A stretch of DNA of 64,000 nucleotides from a bacterium (lineage in GTDB: Bacteria > UBA8248). The position numbers were made by a program, and so were the translations under genes. A model generated the notes under the pieces. It saw only the letters and a list, made by a program, of their open reading frames with translations. It ran no database searches and was not told the origin of the DNA. The stretch lies in assembly GCA_965213625.1 (NCBI GenBank), contig CBDBZU010000004.1:2624001-2688000 (forward strand). Direction: 5' to 3'. This document shows, piece after piece, positions 18,343 through 28,336 of the stretch (positions are counted from its first letter, which is position 1; every line of letters begins with the position of its first letter).

Positions 18343-19401
18343 TCAATCGGAGAGCCTGTCCTCAAGGTCTAATTCTTCCGCCAATTCTCTGAGTTGAGTA
18401 ACCACGGGCACGGCGACTGGTACGCCCTCGCGGCGCATCTGCTCTTTCCGGTGCGCGAGGTTCTCGCCGGGAATCCGGATGGGGCCTTTGCCCTCCATGG
18501 GAGCGGAGTTTCTGATCTCGCGGATTCTCAGGTCCATCTCCACCTTGAAATCTTCCAGATCGCGAAAGATGTCCGGCCGCATGGCGAAAAACACCTGGCC
18601 GGTGTTCGTGGGTGTCTTGAAGTCCTTGTTGAAATCGATGACGTCCGACCCGAAAGCCGCTCCGTTTAACACACCAGCGAGTGCGCCGATCATCATGTTC
18701 AGACCGTAGCCCTTGTGACCCCCGATGGGCAGCAGGAAACCCTCTTCGGCGCGCGTGGCGTCGGTGAGTGGTTTTCCGTCTCTGGTCATCATCCAGCCCT
18801 CGGGCATCGGTTTTCCCTCCTGGGCGTAGACCTTCACCTTGCCGTAGGAGGTCTCGGTGGTGGCCATGTCGAGGAGGAAGGGCGGCTCCTCGCCAGCCGG
18901 GATGGCGTAGGCGATGGGGTTGGTGCTCAGGAGCATGTCCACGCCTCCCCAGGGGGGCATGTGGTTGGCGTTGGCGACGGCCATGTACATGCCGATCATG
19001 TCGTGCGCGAGGGGCAGGGCGGCGTAGACGCCCGCGGCGCCGGCGTGGTTTCCTTGGTGTATGCCGATCCACGCGAGTCCGCTTTCTTTCGCCTTTTGGA
19101 TCGCGAGTTCGGCCGCGAACGTCACGACCACCTGGCCGAAGCCGTTATCCCCGTCCACTAATGCGCTCACGGCGGTCTCGCGCTCGGCGCGGATGTCGGG
19201 CCTCAGGTTGTAGCCGCCTTCGCGGATTCTGCGACAATAGGGAGGTAGGCGGAAGATGCCGTGTCCGTGCATCCCGTGGAGGTCGGCTTCGATCATGCGG
19301 ACGGCGCAAGTGCGCGCGTGATCGTCCAACACGTCGTGTGCCGCCAGGACGGCGTGAATGAAATTTTCCAGGCGTTCAACGGGGTAGCGCAGTTCGGACA
19401 T
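18343..19401 (-). CDS. Ldh_2-family (malate/lactate/ureidoglycolate-type) dehydrogenase
   Basis: ADLHGMHGHG, DGDNGFGQ, NHAGA, STNPIA, LDMATT, GGHKGYGL. Confidence 0.9.
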   Translation of the reverse strand: MSELRYPVERLENFIHAVLAAHDVLDDHARTCAVRMIEADLHGMHGHGIFRLPPYCRRIREGGYNLRPDIRAERETAVSALVDGDNGFGQVVVTFAAELAIQKAKESGLAWIGIHQGNHAGAAGVYAALPLAHDMIGMYMAVANANHMPPWGGVDMLLSTNPIAYAIPAGEEPPFLLDMATTETSYGKVKVYAQEGKPMPEGWMMTRDGKPLTDATRAEEGFLLPIGGHKGYGLNMMIGALAGVLNGAAFGSDVIDFNKDFKTPTNTGQVFFAMRPDIFRDLEDFKVEMDLRIREIRNSAPMEGKGPIRIPGENLAHRKEQMRREGVPVAVPVVTQLRELAEELDLEDRLSD

Positions 19402-19643
19402 CGTGTCTCCTCGATCGATAGGCGGTTTCAATACTCACAAAGCGCGCCAGCGCCGTGCATGTGTACAGTTACAGACTTTAAAGTTTCCTAAATTTCGGGT
19501 TTTCTCACTACGGGGTGAGATTTCTATGATATATTTCTAAAGGCCGTCATGGAAGGCGAATTCGCATCCATGGGATAGCTCAAAACGATTCGCCTATTCT
19601 GGAGGATACACCAGACTCCAGCCGCCACCCAAAAGGGGATGAC

Positions 19644-20648
19644 ATGAAATTTATCAAAAAGCCCGAATGGTTGATGCCCGAGCGTGAGGCTACGCCGGAA
19701 TCCGTGTTTTTGAACCGCCGCAAGTTTTTAGCGGGCGGCGCAGGTCTGATGCTGAGCCAGATGGTGACGCCTCCCTACTGGCCCGAGCGTGACGGACCGC
19801 TCGCCCTGGCGCAGGCAAAAAATGCCGTCGCGCATCCCAAAGATCAGACTGTGGGCCTTTACCCGGCGCGCCGGAATCCCGCTTTTACCTTGGATCGGCC
19901 CCTGACGGATGAAAAAGTGGCGGCCGAATACAACAATTTCTACGAATTCGGCGGCAACAAGGCGATCTCCTGGCTGGCCAAGCGCATGGAGACCCGCCCC
20001 TGGCAGGTGGAGGTGAAGGGCCACGTCAAGAAGCCGAAAACCTACGATATCGACGAGTTGATCAAAGGCATGACGCTCGAGGAGCGACTTTATCGTTTCC
20101 GCTGCGTGGAAGCGTGGGCGATGGCCGTTCCGTGGACGGGTTTCAAGATTTCCGAGTTGATTAAAAAAGTAGAGCCCACGAGCAAGGCGAAATACATCAA
20201 ATTCACCACATTCTTGAACCGCAAGGTGGCGCTGGGTCAGCTCCAGGTCTGGTATCCGTGGCCTTACGTGGAAGGCCTCACCATGAAGGAGGCCATGAAC
20301 GAGTTGGCCATGATGGGTACGGGAATCTATGGGCATCCCATGCCGCAGCAGCATGGCGCGCCCTTGCGGTTGGTGATTCCCTGGAAATTCGGCTTCAAGA
20401 ATATTAAATCCATCGTTTCCATCGAATTCACCGATAAGCGGCCTCGCACGTTCTGGGAGAAGGCGGCCCCCAGCGAATATGGATTCTGGGCCAACATCAA
20501 CCCGAAATTCAATCACCCCAGGTGGTCCCAGGCTACAGAGCGCATGCTGGGAACGAACGAGAGAAGGCCGACGCTCCTATTCAACGGCTATGCGAAATGG
20601 GTGGGAGATATGTATCCGAATATGAACGACCGGAAGTATTTCATGTAA
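19644..20648 (+). CDS. msrP: Protein-methionine-sulfoxide reductase catalytic subunit MsrP
   Basis: Tat motif NRRKFL, YNNFYEFG, RCVEAW, GAPLRL, EYGFWANINP, HPRWSQATER, FNGY. Confidence 0.93.
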   Translation: MKFIKKPEWLMPEREATPESVFLNRRKFLAGGAGLMLSQMVTPPYWPERDGPLALAQAKNAVAHPKDQTVGLYPARRNPAFTLDRPLTDEKVAAEYNNFYEFGGNKAISWLAKRMETRPWQVEVKGHVKKPKTYDIDELIKGMTLEERLYRFRCVEAWAMAVPWTGFKISELIKKVEPTSKAKYIKFTTFLNRKVALGQLQVWYPWPYVEGLTMKEAMNELAMMGTGIYGHPMPQQHGAPLRLVIPWKFGFKNIKSIVSIEFTDKRPRTFWEKAAPSEYGFWANINPKFNHPRWSQATERMLGTNERRPTLLFNGYAKWVGDMYPNMNDRKYFM

Positions 20649-20659
20649 GCGCGAATTTC

Positions 20660-20709
20660 AAAAAAAGCCATCTTCCGGCCTCGTAGACGACCGGGAGATG
20701 GCTTTTTTT
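20660..20709. terminator. Bidirectional terminator
   Basis: A7-GCCATCTTCCGG...CCGGGAGATGGC-T7 between convergent genes. Confidence 0.8.
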
Positions 20710-20718
20710 GTAACAAAA

Positions 20719-21894
20719 TTACGCGTTCAACGCCTGTTCGAGATCCTCGATTAAATCGTCCGCGTCCTCGATTCCCACGGACAGCCGAATCAGGGTATCG
20801 CTGATGCCCAACTCTTTTCTGCTTTCCTCGGTGAGCGAGGCGTGGGTCATGATGGCGGGGTGCTCCACGAGCGACTCGGTGCCTCCTAAGCTCTCCGCCA
20901 GGGTGAATAGCTGCACGTTTTCCAGGAACCTGCGCGCCTCGGGCAAGCCGCCTTTCAGGTAGAACGCCAGCATGCCCCCGAAGCCGCTCATTTGTCTTTT
21001 GGCCAGCTCGTGCTGGGGGTGTGACTCCAGCCCCGGGTAGATCACTTTCTCAACGCCTGCGTGTCCCTCCAGGAAGCCCGCGATCTTCATGGCGTTATCC
21101 TGGTGTTTTTCCATTCGCACGGGGAGGGTGTCGATGCCCCGCATGGTCATGTAGCAGTCAAAAGGGGCGGGAGTCGCTCCGAGCGCGTTCTGGTAATGCC
21201 TGATGCGTTCATGGAGAGTCTGACTTCTCGTCACCAGCGCGCCGCCGACGACGTCGCTGTGTCCGCCGATGTATTTCGTCGTGCTATGAACGGCGATGTC
21301 CGCCCCCAGTGCGAGCGGCCTCTGGAAGTAGGGGCTCATGAAGGTGTTGTCCACGGCGACGATGGCCCCGTCTTTCCCGTATGTGGAGGCGATGCTCCGG
21401 ATGTCGGCCATCTTCAAGAGCGGGTTCGTGGGACTCTCTATCCAGATGAGCCTCGTATTCTCCCGGATTTTACCGGCCAGGGACTCTTCATCCGCCATGT
21501 CGACGTAGTCGCACGTGATCCCGAATTTCTCAAAACCCCTCAAATCCTTGCCCGTAATGAGGCGGAAGGTCCCGCCATACACGTCGTCCGAGCAGAGCAT
21601 GTGATCGCCATGAGACAAAAGGGCGAAAAGAATCGTGGTGGTCGCGCCCAGGCCTGAGGAAAAAGCCAGTCCGTGGCATTCGGCATCCTCGTTATCGGGG
21701 CGTTCGAGACCTGCAATGTTCATCTCGAGCGCCTCTCGCGTCGGGTTGCCCGAGCGCGAGTACTCAAAATCGCCTACCGGCTCGCCGGGCGTATGTTGCT
21801 TGAATGTGCTGCTCAGGCAGATGTCGGGCTTCACGGAGCCGGTGAATTCGTTGGGTTCTTTTCCGTGGTGAACTGCTCTGGTGGATATTTTCAT
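20719..21894 (-). CDS. Cystathionine gamma-lyase/synthase (Cys/Met PLP family)
   Basis: YSRSGNPTR, ESPTNP, VDNTF, HSTTKYIGGHSD, LAESLGG, LIRLSVGIE. Confidence 0.92.
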   Translation of the reverse strand: MKISTRAVHHGKEPNEFTGSVKPDICLSSTFKQHTPGEPVGDFEYSRSGNPTREALEMNIAGLERPDNEDAECHGLAFSSGLGATTTILFALLSHGDHMLCSDDVYGGTFRLITGKDLRGFEKFGITCDYVDMADEESLAGKIRENTRLIWIESPTNPLLKMADIRSIASTYGKDGAIVAVDNTFMSPYFQRPLALGADIAVHSTTKYIGGHSDVVGGALVTRSQTLHERIRHYQNALGATPAPFDCYMTMRGIDTLPVRMEKHQDNAMKIAGFLEGHAGVEKVIYPGLESHPQHELAKRQMSGFGGMLAFYLKGGLPEARRFLENVQLFTLAESLGGTESLVEHPAIMTHASLTEESRKELGISDTLIRLSVGIEDADDLIEDLEQALNA

Positions 21895-22066
21895 TGTGCT
21901 CCCGGAAGGCGAGGGGTGGTATCAATCTCCATATCGACCTTTAGCTCATAATTCAGCGAAATTGACAAGACCAATTTTCGTTATATTCAGATTTTTCGAT
22001 ATGAAGTCTACCCGAACATGTGCGACGGAAACAGATGGCCACCCCTGCACAATACGCGATGGGTTT

Positions 22067-22091
22067 GTAGGGGCGGACCCATGTGTTTGCC
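22067..22091. repeat. GTAG-type REP (degenerate)
   Basis: GTAGGGGCGGACCCATGTGTTTGCC. Confidence 0.55.
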
Positions 22092-22238
22092 AGCAAGAGA
22101 AGTCCGTAGGGATAGGCAGGGGGCCAGTCCTTATGGACTCGCTTCGTCCCGAAAGGCTGGATTCGTAAAATGAATCGTAATATCTTTTGCCTAGTGTCGT
22201 ATCCCCTGTTTATCCAGCAAAAAAGGTTCAAAAGAAGC

Positions 22239-22769
22239 ATGGAAATAAGAGCCGCCGGGCAAAGCGATAAACTTGCATTGCAAAATTTATATCACAAGGC
22301 ATTCCCCGATAATGAAGGCGGGATGGTAGGCAGGCTTGCAGTCAGCCTGCTTGCTGAAAAAACAAATTCAATCACCGAATCCCTCGTGATGGACGACGGG
22401 GGAGATATTAAGGGGCATATCGCCTTCAGTCCGGTTTACGTCACGGGGCATGAGGATTTCAGGGCATATATATTGTCGCCTCTGGCCGTCCGCAGCGATT
22501 GCCAGGGGCAGGGCATAGGCTCTTCCCTAATCGATTACGGAAAGCGACTTCTATCGAATGGCGGCGCGCATTTCGTCCTCGTATACGGCGATCCCGATTA
22601 TTACGGTAGGTTCGGATTCCAAGCGGAGGCGGCGTCGAGGCTCATTCCTCCTTATCCGCTTGAATATCCTTTCGGTTGGCAGTCCCTGGAGTTGAACCGA
22701 TATGAAATCAGGGGAGAGACTGTCGAAATCGAATGCGTGGCGTCGCTGAATAATTCCGTCTATTGGTAG
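22239..22769 (+). CDS. GNAT N-acetyltransferase (YhbS-like)
   Basis: GHIAFS, LSPLAV...QGQGIGSSL, VYGDPDYYGRFGF. Confidence 0.85.
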   Translation: MEIRAAGQSDKLALQNLYHKAFPDNEGGMVGRLAVSLLAEKTNSITESLVMDDGGDIKGHIAFSPVYVTGHEDFRAYILSPLAVRSDCQGQGIGSSLIDYGKRLLSNGGAHFVLVYGDPDYYGRFGFQAEAASRLIPPYPLEYPFGWQSLELNRYEIRGETVEIECVASLNNSVYW

Positions 22770-22828
22770 CGATAGCGCTGCCTCAGGGCCTGTAGATGGC
22801 CGCCTTGAAGTCAGCGGCCCTCCCGCCT

Positions 22829-23836
22829 CTATCGCGCGCTTTTGAATGCCGGCGCATCTTCCAGTTCCTCCGCATCCAGGAAACCGTTGGCCACCATCCA
22901 TTCGTCTGAGAATATCTTGCTTAAGTAGAACATGCCCGAATCCGGCATGAGGGTGACGATTCTCTGCGGTTTTTCGAGGGATTCTGCATACCGCACGGCG
23001 CCTGCGACCGCGCCGCCCGCAGACCCCCCCACCAGGATGCCTTCTTCCCGCGCCAGCCTGCGCGTCATCAGTAGGCATTCCTTGTCGGTCACGCGGACTA
23101 CTTCGTCGATGTTATCGAAACTGAGCGTATTTGGCTTGAAGCTCTCCCCGATGCCCTCGGTCTTGTAGGAGTCCGCCTCGGGTTCCGCTTCGCCGTAGAA
23201 AAGGCCGTAGAGAATAGAACCGATGGGGTCCACGCCGACGATTTTGATGTCGGGGTTCTTTTCTTTCAAAAATCTTCCCGTACCCGAAATAGTCCCTCCG
23301 GTACCGAGTCCAGTGACGAAGGCGTCGAATTCGCCTCCCGTCTGACGCCAGATTTCAGGCCCCGTCATACGGTAATGGGACTCAGGATTATTGGTGTTGT
23401 TGTATTGATTCGCCAGAATGCAGTTGGGTGTCTCTTCCACGATTCTGCGCGCGACGCAGTAATGGCTCTCGGGGTCGTCAAGCGCCACCGTGGGTGTGAC
23501 GATGACTTTCGCGCCATATGCGCGGAGCCGGTCGACTTTCTCCTGGCTCATCTTGTCGGGCATCACGAAAACACAATTGTAGCCCTTGATGGCGGCGACG
23601 ATGGCGAGCCCGGCGCCGGTGTTGCCGGAGGTGGCTTCGACGATAGTGCCGCCCGGTTTGAGTTCTCCCTTTTTCTCGGCGTCTTCGACAATCAGCGGAG
23701 CGATGCGGTCTTTCACCGAAAGGCCCGGATTCATGTATTCGACCTTGACGAACAGTTCGGATTCGACATCTGCGCCGATGGAGTTGAGCCTTACAATAGG
23801 CGTGTTGCCGATGGCCTCCAGAATATTGTTCTTCAC
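22829..23836 (-). CDS. Cystathionine beta-synthase/cysteine synthase family (no CBS domains)
   Basis: IGNTP, NPGLSVKDR, EATSGNTG, MPDKMSQEK, GLGTGGT, EGIG. Confidence 0.9.
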   Translation of the reverse strand: MKNNILEAIGNTPIVRLNSIGADVESELFVKVEYMNPGLSVKDRIAPLIVEDAEKKGELKPGGTIVEATSGNTGAGLAIVAAIKGYNCVFVMPDKMSQEKVDRLRAYGAKVIVTPTVALDDPESHYCVARRIVEETPNCILANQYNNTNNPESHYRMTGPEIWRQTGGEFDAFVTGLGTGGTISGTGRFLKEKNPDIKIVGVDPIGSILYGLFYGEAEPEADSYKTEGIGESFKPNTLSFDNIDEVVRVTDKECLLMTRRLAREEGILVGGSAGGAVAGAVRYAESLEKPQRIVTLMPDSGMFYLSKIFSDEWMVANGFLDAEELEDAPAFKSAR

Positions 23837-23913
23837 TCGTTATACCCTTGAGAGCGGCTTAAAGATTCGAAAACCCCAGCTTGCGAGAAGATTATGCGGC
23901 ATCCACGTGGCCT

Positions 23914-25152
23914 CTACAAATCATCGAGAATTTCGACGGCCTGAAACGATTTTCCCTCCATGAACTCGAGGCTCGCCCCCCCGCCCGTGCTCACGTGGCT
24001 CACCTTCGCGCTCAGCCCGGCCATCTCGATGGCCGCAGCGCTGTCGCCGCCGCCGATGACCGTCGTGGCCCCGTTATTCGTCGCTTCCGCCAGGGCGCGA
24101 GCGACGGTGAACGTGCCTCCATCGAAGGGCTTGACCTCGAAGACGCCCATGGGGCCGTTCCAGACGATGGTCTTTGCTCCTGAAATCAACTCCGAGAACC
24201 GGAGTGCAGATTCAGGGCCGATGTCGAGTCCCATCAGGCCCTCGGGAATCTCTCCCTGAAAAACCTCGAAGGGCGCTCCCTCTTCGATGGCGCGCGCAGC
24301 GATGACGTCAGTCGGTAATACGAGTTTCTCACCGCCAATGGATTGCAGCCGCGCGGCAACGTCGATCCTGTCTTCTTCCACGAGGCTCGCTCCCGTCTCC
24401 TGTCCGTTCGCACGCATAAAGGTGTAGACCATGGCGCCGCCGATGAGTACCCGATCGCATTTCCCCAAAAGGGTTTCTATGACCATCATTTTGTCGGAGA
24501 CTTTTTTTCCTCCGATGATGGCGAGAAAGGGTCTATTCGGCTCATTCAGCGCCCCTCCCAGGTATTGAAGCTCTTTCTCCAATAAAAACCCTGCGACGCG
24601 GGGCTTGCCCGCCATCATCTGCGGCACGGTGAGCATACTCGCGTTGTCGCGGTGGCAGGTACCGAAAGCGTCGTTCACGTAGACCTCGGCCAAAGACGCC
24701 AGTCCTTGGGCGAAGGTATCTTTTCTTCGTCTTTTTGTCTCATCTTGCGCTGCCGCTTTGTCCTTGATCTGCTCGGCCTTGTGAAAGCGCAGGTTTTCGA
24801 GCAGGCAGCATTCCCCGTCTTTCAGCGAGGCGGCCGCGTTCTCGGCGGCGGATCCCACGCAATCTTCCGCAAAAACAACGCCCTTGCCGAGGAGTTCCTC
24901 CAGACGCTCGGCAATGGGTCTGAGCGTCCATCTGCCGTCGGCCTGCGGGTCTTCTCCTTTCGGGCGTCCCAGATGGCTCATGAGAATAAGGCGGCCGCCG
25001 CCATCCAGGATGTGGTTTATCGTGGGAAGCGCCATGCGGATTCTGCGATCATCAGCGATGCGGCCGTTCGCGCTCTGGGGGACATTGAAGTCCACCCGCA
25101 TTAGAACGCGTTTACCACGCACGTCGAGGTTCGATATGCTTTTCTTCGTCAT
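23914..25152 (-). CDS. pgk: Phosphoglycerate kinase
   Basis: RVDFNVP, SHLGRP, ENLRF, NDAFG, WNGPMGVFE, GGGDS, STGGGASLE. Confidence 0.96.
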   Translation of the reverse strand: MTKKSISNLDVRGKRVLMRVDFNVPQSANGRIADDRRIRMALPTINHILDGGGRLILMSHLGRPKGEDPQADGRWTLRPIAERLEELLGKGVVFAEDCVGSAAENAAASLKDGECCLLENLRFHKAEQIKDKAAAQDETKRRRKDTFAQGLASLAEVYVNDAFGTCHRDNASMLTVPQMMAGKPRVAGFLLEKELQYLGGALNEPNRPFLAIIGGKKVSDKMMVIETLLGKCDRVLIGGAMVYTFMRANGQETGASLVEEDRIDVAARLQSIGGEKLVLPTDVIAARAIEEGAPFEVFQGEIPEGLMGLDIGPESALRFSELISGAKTIVWNGPMGVFEVKPFDGGTFTVARALAEATNNGATTVIGGGDSAAAIEMAGLSAKVSHVSTGGGASLEFMEGKSFQAVEILDDL

Positions 25153-25323
25153 CGAGTATCGCCTCTATGAATGTGCACCTCGCCGGGAATGTCGCCGCAT
25201 GACAAGTGGTGTATAAGAAAAATCGCCATGAAAATCCAGCGTCCGAGCTACAAATCGAGAAGTTGACGTTTTTTCATCCGGCGCAGATGTGAGGATGAAC
25301 GAATTACTAGGAAAGGGGAATAG

Positions 25324-26118
25324 ATGATCACCATAGATTTGAACGGAAAAACCGCCCTGGTGACGGGTTCGAGCCAGGGCATTGGAAAGGCGTGCGCGAT
25401 GGTGTTGGCGCGCGCGGGGGCCTCTGTCGCGCTCGCGGCCCGGAACGAGGAGAATTTGAGGCAGACTGCCTCGGAAATCACTGCAGCCGGTGGAAGCGCG
25501 GAGGTGATGGCGGGCGACCTCACCGCTGCCGGACAGACCGAGCGCGTTGTGGAGGAGACATGCGCCCGGCTCGGGGGAATCGATTTTTTCGTCAGCGCAG
25601 CAGGCGTGAGCAGGCGCACGGACCCCATCGTGACGACGGATGAGGACATCGACCTCGCCATCGACTTGAAGCTGCGCGCCGCTATCCGCGTGACGAAGGC
25701 CGTGATTCCGCAAATGAGGAAGCGGGGCGGGGGCGTCATCGTCTATTTTTCGGGGCTGAGCCACGTGCATACCTCCGAATTCCACGGTTCGGGCTGCATT
25801 CCGAACGCGGGCCTCGCCGCCTACAAGCATCAGCTCGCCCGCAGACTCGCGCGCGAGAACATTCGCGTGAGCCTCATCAACCCCGGCACGACGGATACCC
25901 CGAGGTATATCCGGCAGACGACGAAAATCGCAGAGTTGACAGGTCGTACTTACGAGGAAGTAGATGCGGAAAGGCGCGCCGAACTGCCCATGGGCCGCCT
26001 CACGCGGGCCGAGGATTGCGCGAATGCGGCGTTGTTTCTGGTCTCTGATCTGGCTTCGAACATCACGGGCGAGTCAATCAACGTGGACGGCGGGCGTTGC
26101 GACGTGGTGAGACCCTAA
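25324..26118 (+). CDS. SDR-family oxidoreductase (atypical active site)
   Basis: TGSSQGIG, NPG-T-T, INVDGG; no clear YxxxK. Confidence 0.88.
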   Translation: MITIDLNGKTALVTGSSQGIGKACAMVLARAGASVALAARNEENLRQTASEITAAGGSAEVMAGDLTAAGQTERVVEETCARLGGIDFFVSAAGVSRRTDPIVTTDEDIDLAIDLKLRAAIRVTKAVIPQMRKRGGGVIVYFSGLSHVHTSEFHGSGCIPNAGLAAYKHQLARRLARENIRVSLINPGTTDTPRYIRQTTKIAELTGRTYEEVDAERRAELPMGRLTRAEDCANAALFLVSDLASNITGESINVDGGRCDVVRP

Positions 26119-26879
26119 AGGGCGCTGCTGCCGCCGTCGAGATTTATCGTCTGCCCTGTCATGTAGTTGCTCTGCTGACTGCAGAGGTAGACGATGATGG
26201 GCTGGATTTCTTCGAGTTTGCCATAGCGCTTCATGGGAACGTAGCGTAAAAACTCCTCGCTTTGATCGGGGTCTGCGATACGATCGACCGTCATCGGAGT
26301 AGGGAAGCGGCCCGGCGCGATGCAGTTCACTTGAATGTTCTTCTCCGCAAGTTCGACAGCGAGCGCCTCGGTGAACCCCCGTACGCCTGCTTTCGACGCC
26401 GCGTAGGCCACCTGATTGGGGCGGCCCCGGCTGCCTGCGCCCGAGCCGATATTGATGATTTTCCCTCCTCCAGCCTCGAGCATGTGGCGCACCGCCGCGC
26501 GGCTGCAAAAGAACATGCCGCTTAGATTCAAGTCGATGGTCTGATGCCAGATTTCGTTCGTCATTTCGAGAATCGGGCTGGGGAGCGAGACGCCTGCGTT
26601 GTTGATGAGAATGTGCGGGCCGCCGAGCTCTTTGGTGATTTGCTCGAAAAGGGCGTTTACCCGGGTCGAGTCCGTGACATCGCAGACGGCGGGTCTGGCC
26701 CGCACGCCGAATTTCTCGCATTCTTTCGCGGTTTCCACCATCGGTTCCGCTCGGCGGCCGATGAGGACGAGGTCTGCGCCCGCCTCTGCCAGTGCGATGG
26801 CCATCGAAGCACCGAGTCCCTGGCCGCCGCCCGTGATGCAGGCTGTCTTACCGCTCAAATCCACGCCGGATGAGGTCAT
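26115..26879 (-). CDS. SDR-family oxidoreductase
   Basis: TGGGQGLG, NNAG, YAASK, LDGG. Confidence 0.92.
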   Translation of the reverse strand: MTSSGVDLSGKTACITGGGQGLGASMAIALAEAGADLVLIGRRAEPMVETAKECEKFGVRARPAVCDVTDSTRVNALFEQITKELGGPHILINNAGVSLPSPILEMTNEIWHQTIDLNLSGMFFCSRAAVRHMLEAGGGKIINIGSGAGSRGRPNQVAYAASKAGVRGFTEALAVELAEKNIQVNCIAPGRFPTPMTVDRIADPDQSEEFLRYVPMKRYGKLEEIQPIIVYLCSQQSNYMTGQTINLDGGSSAL

Positions 26880-27074
26880 TTTTCTCTCCGACTTCCTATG
26901 TGCTGGACGTAAGATGCGCAGGCCATGTTCCGGTATGCGTGTTTAAAGTCGCTGGGGGACTTTACCACCATGCGGTAGTGGGGTACATAAAGCTTGGTTC
27001 CGCAATAAAATCGATAAATATTCTCTTTCACAATTTTGCGAAGAGTCAAAGAGAACAACTTTTGTGAGGATGCG

Positions 27075-28316
27075 ATGAGTCTCGCGCAGGCACCTGCGGC
27101 AATCAGTTTTGAGAATATGGAGTTACTCGGGTATCACGACCTCGCAGATCGCCCTGCCTTCAAGACGGCGATTCAGGAGGTGGACGGGCGATTTTATCTC
27201 TATCTCTCGCAATTTTGGGTAAGCGGCTGGAGCGTTCTGGACGTGACCGATCCTGCGGACCCCAAACTCCTCAAATATATCGAAGGCCCCGACAACACGT
27301 GGACCCTTCAGGTGCAGGTGGCAGATGGCTTGCTCATCACCTCTTTGGAGAGAATTCCCCCTGGCTGGGGGCCGCGGCCTGATGATCCGCCCGAAGCCGA
27401 AGGGGTCTACATCTGGGACGTTAAGAAAGATCCTGCGAATCCGGAGCTTATCTCACATTGGCAGACGGGGGCCGATGGAACGCACAGGAATTATTACAAC
27501 GGCGGCCGCTACGCCCACCTCTCCGCATACGCGCCCGGCTACGACGGGAACATCTACCGCATCCTGGATTTGGCCGACCCCCGGAACCCTAGGGAAGCGG
27601 GCCGCTTCTGGCTGCCCGAGCAGGAGGGAGCCGAGACCGACATGTCGGACGACTGGAGTGAGGGAATGCGCGTGTTCCAGCACGGGCCGGCCCATGCCGA
27701 GAACGGGCGCGCCTATCTGCCTTATGCGCGGGGCGGATTCGTCATCGCTGATATCGAGGACATATCCAACCCAAAACTAATAAGCCGCTTTAACGTCTAC
27801 CCACCGCTTGGCAGCGCAATCGCCGTACACACGGCGTATCCCTATCTCAAGCGGGGATTTGCCATCATCAACAGCGAGGCGCTCAAGGAGAATTGCGACG
27901 AGCCGCTAAACTACACGGCGATAGTGGATATAACAGACGAGGCGGACCCGAGACTCATGTCACTCTTCCCGGTGCCAGAGCCGCCGCCCGGCTATTCCCA
28001 CAAGAGTTTCTGTGAGCGAGGCGGGAGATTCGGTCCGCACAATCAGCATCACCCCCAGGGGCTCGAATGTCTTGAGCAAAGGGAAGACCGCGTTTATCTG
28101 ACGTACTTCAACGCAGGCCTCAGGGTTTACGACATTTCCGAGCCCATCCATCCCCGCGAGATTGCGCACTACATACCCGCCGACCCGACGAAACGCCTCG
28201 GCATGCTGCCAAAAACACTCGTTACGCAGAGTGAGGACGTCATCGTGGATAGACGCGGGATCATTTATGTGACGGACAAGAACCATGGGCTGCATATATT
28301 GCGTTGCACCGTTTAG
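27075..28316 (+). CDS. LVIVD-repeat (beta-propeller) protein
   Basis: Repeated VLDVTDPADP, ILDLADPRNP, IVDITDEADP and VYDISEPIHP units; GRFGPHN. Confidence 0.75.
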   Translation: MSLAQAPAAISFENMELLGYHDLADRPAFKTAIQEVDGRFYLYLSQFWVSGWSVLDVTDPADPKLLKYIEGPDNTWTLQVQVADGLLITSLERIPPGWGPRPDDPPEAEGVYIWDVKKDPANPELISHWQTGADGTHRNYYNGGRYAHLSAYAPGYDGNIYRILDLADPRNPREAGRFWLPEQEGAETDMSDDWSEGMRVFQHGPAHAENGRAYLPYARGGFVIADIEDISNPKLISRFNVYPPLGSAIAVHTAYPYLKRGFAIINSEALKENCDEPLNYTAIVDITDEADPRLMSLFPVPEPPPGYSHKSFCERGGRFGPHNQHHPQGLECLEQREDRVYLTYFNAGLRVYDISEPIHPREIAHYIPADPTKRLGMLPKTLVTQSEDVIVDRRGIIYVTDKNHGLHILRCTV

Positions 28317-28336
28317 GAGAAAAGGAGAAAATATCT

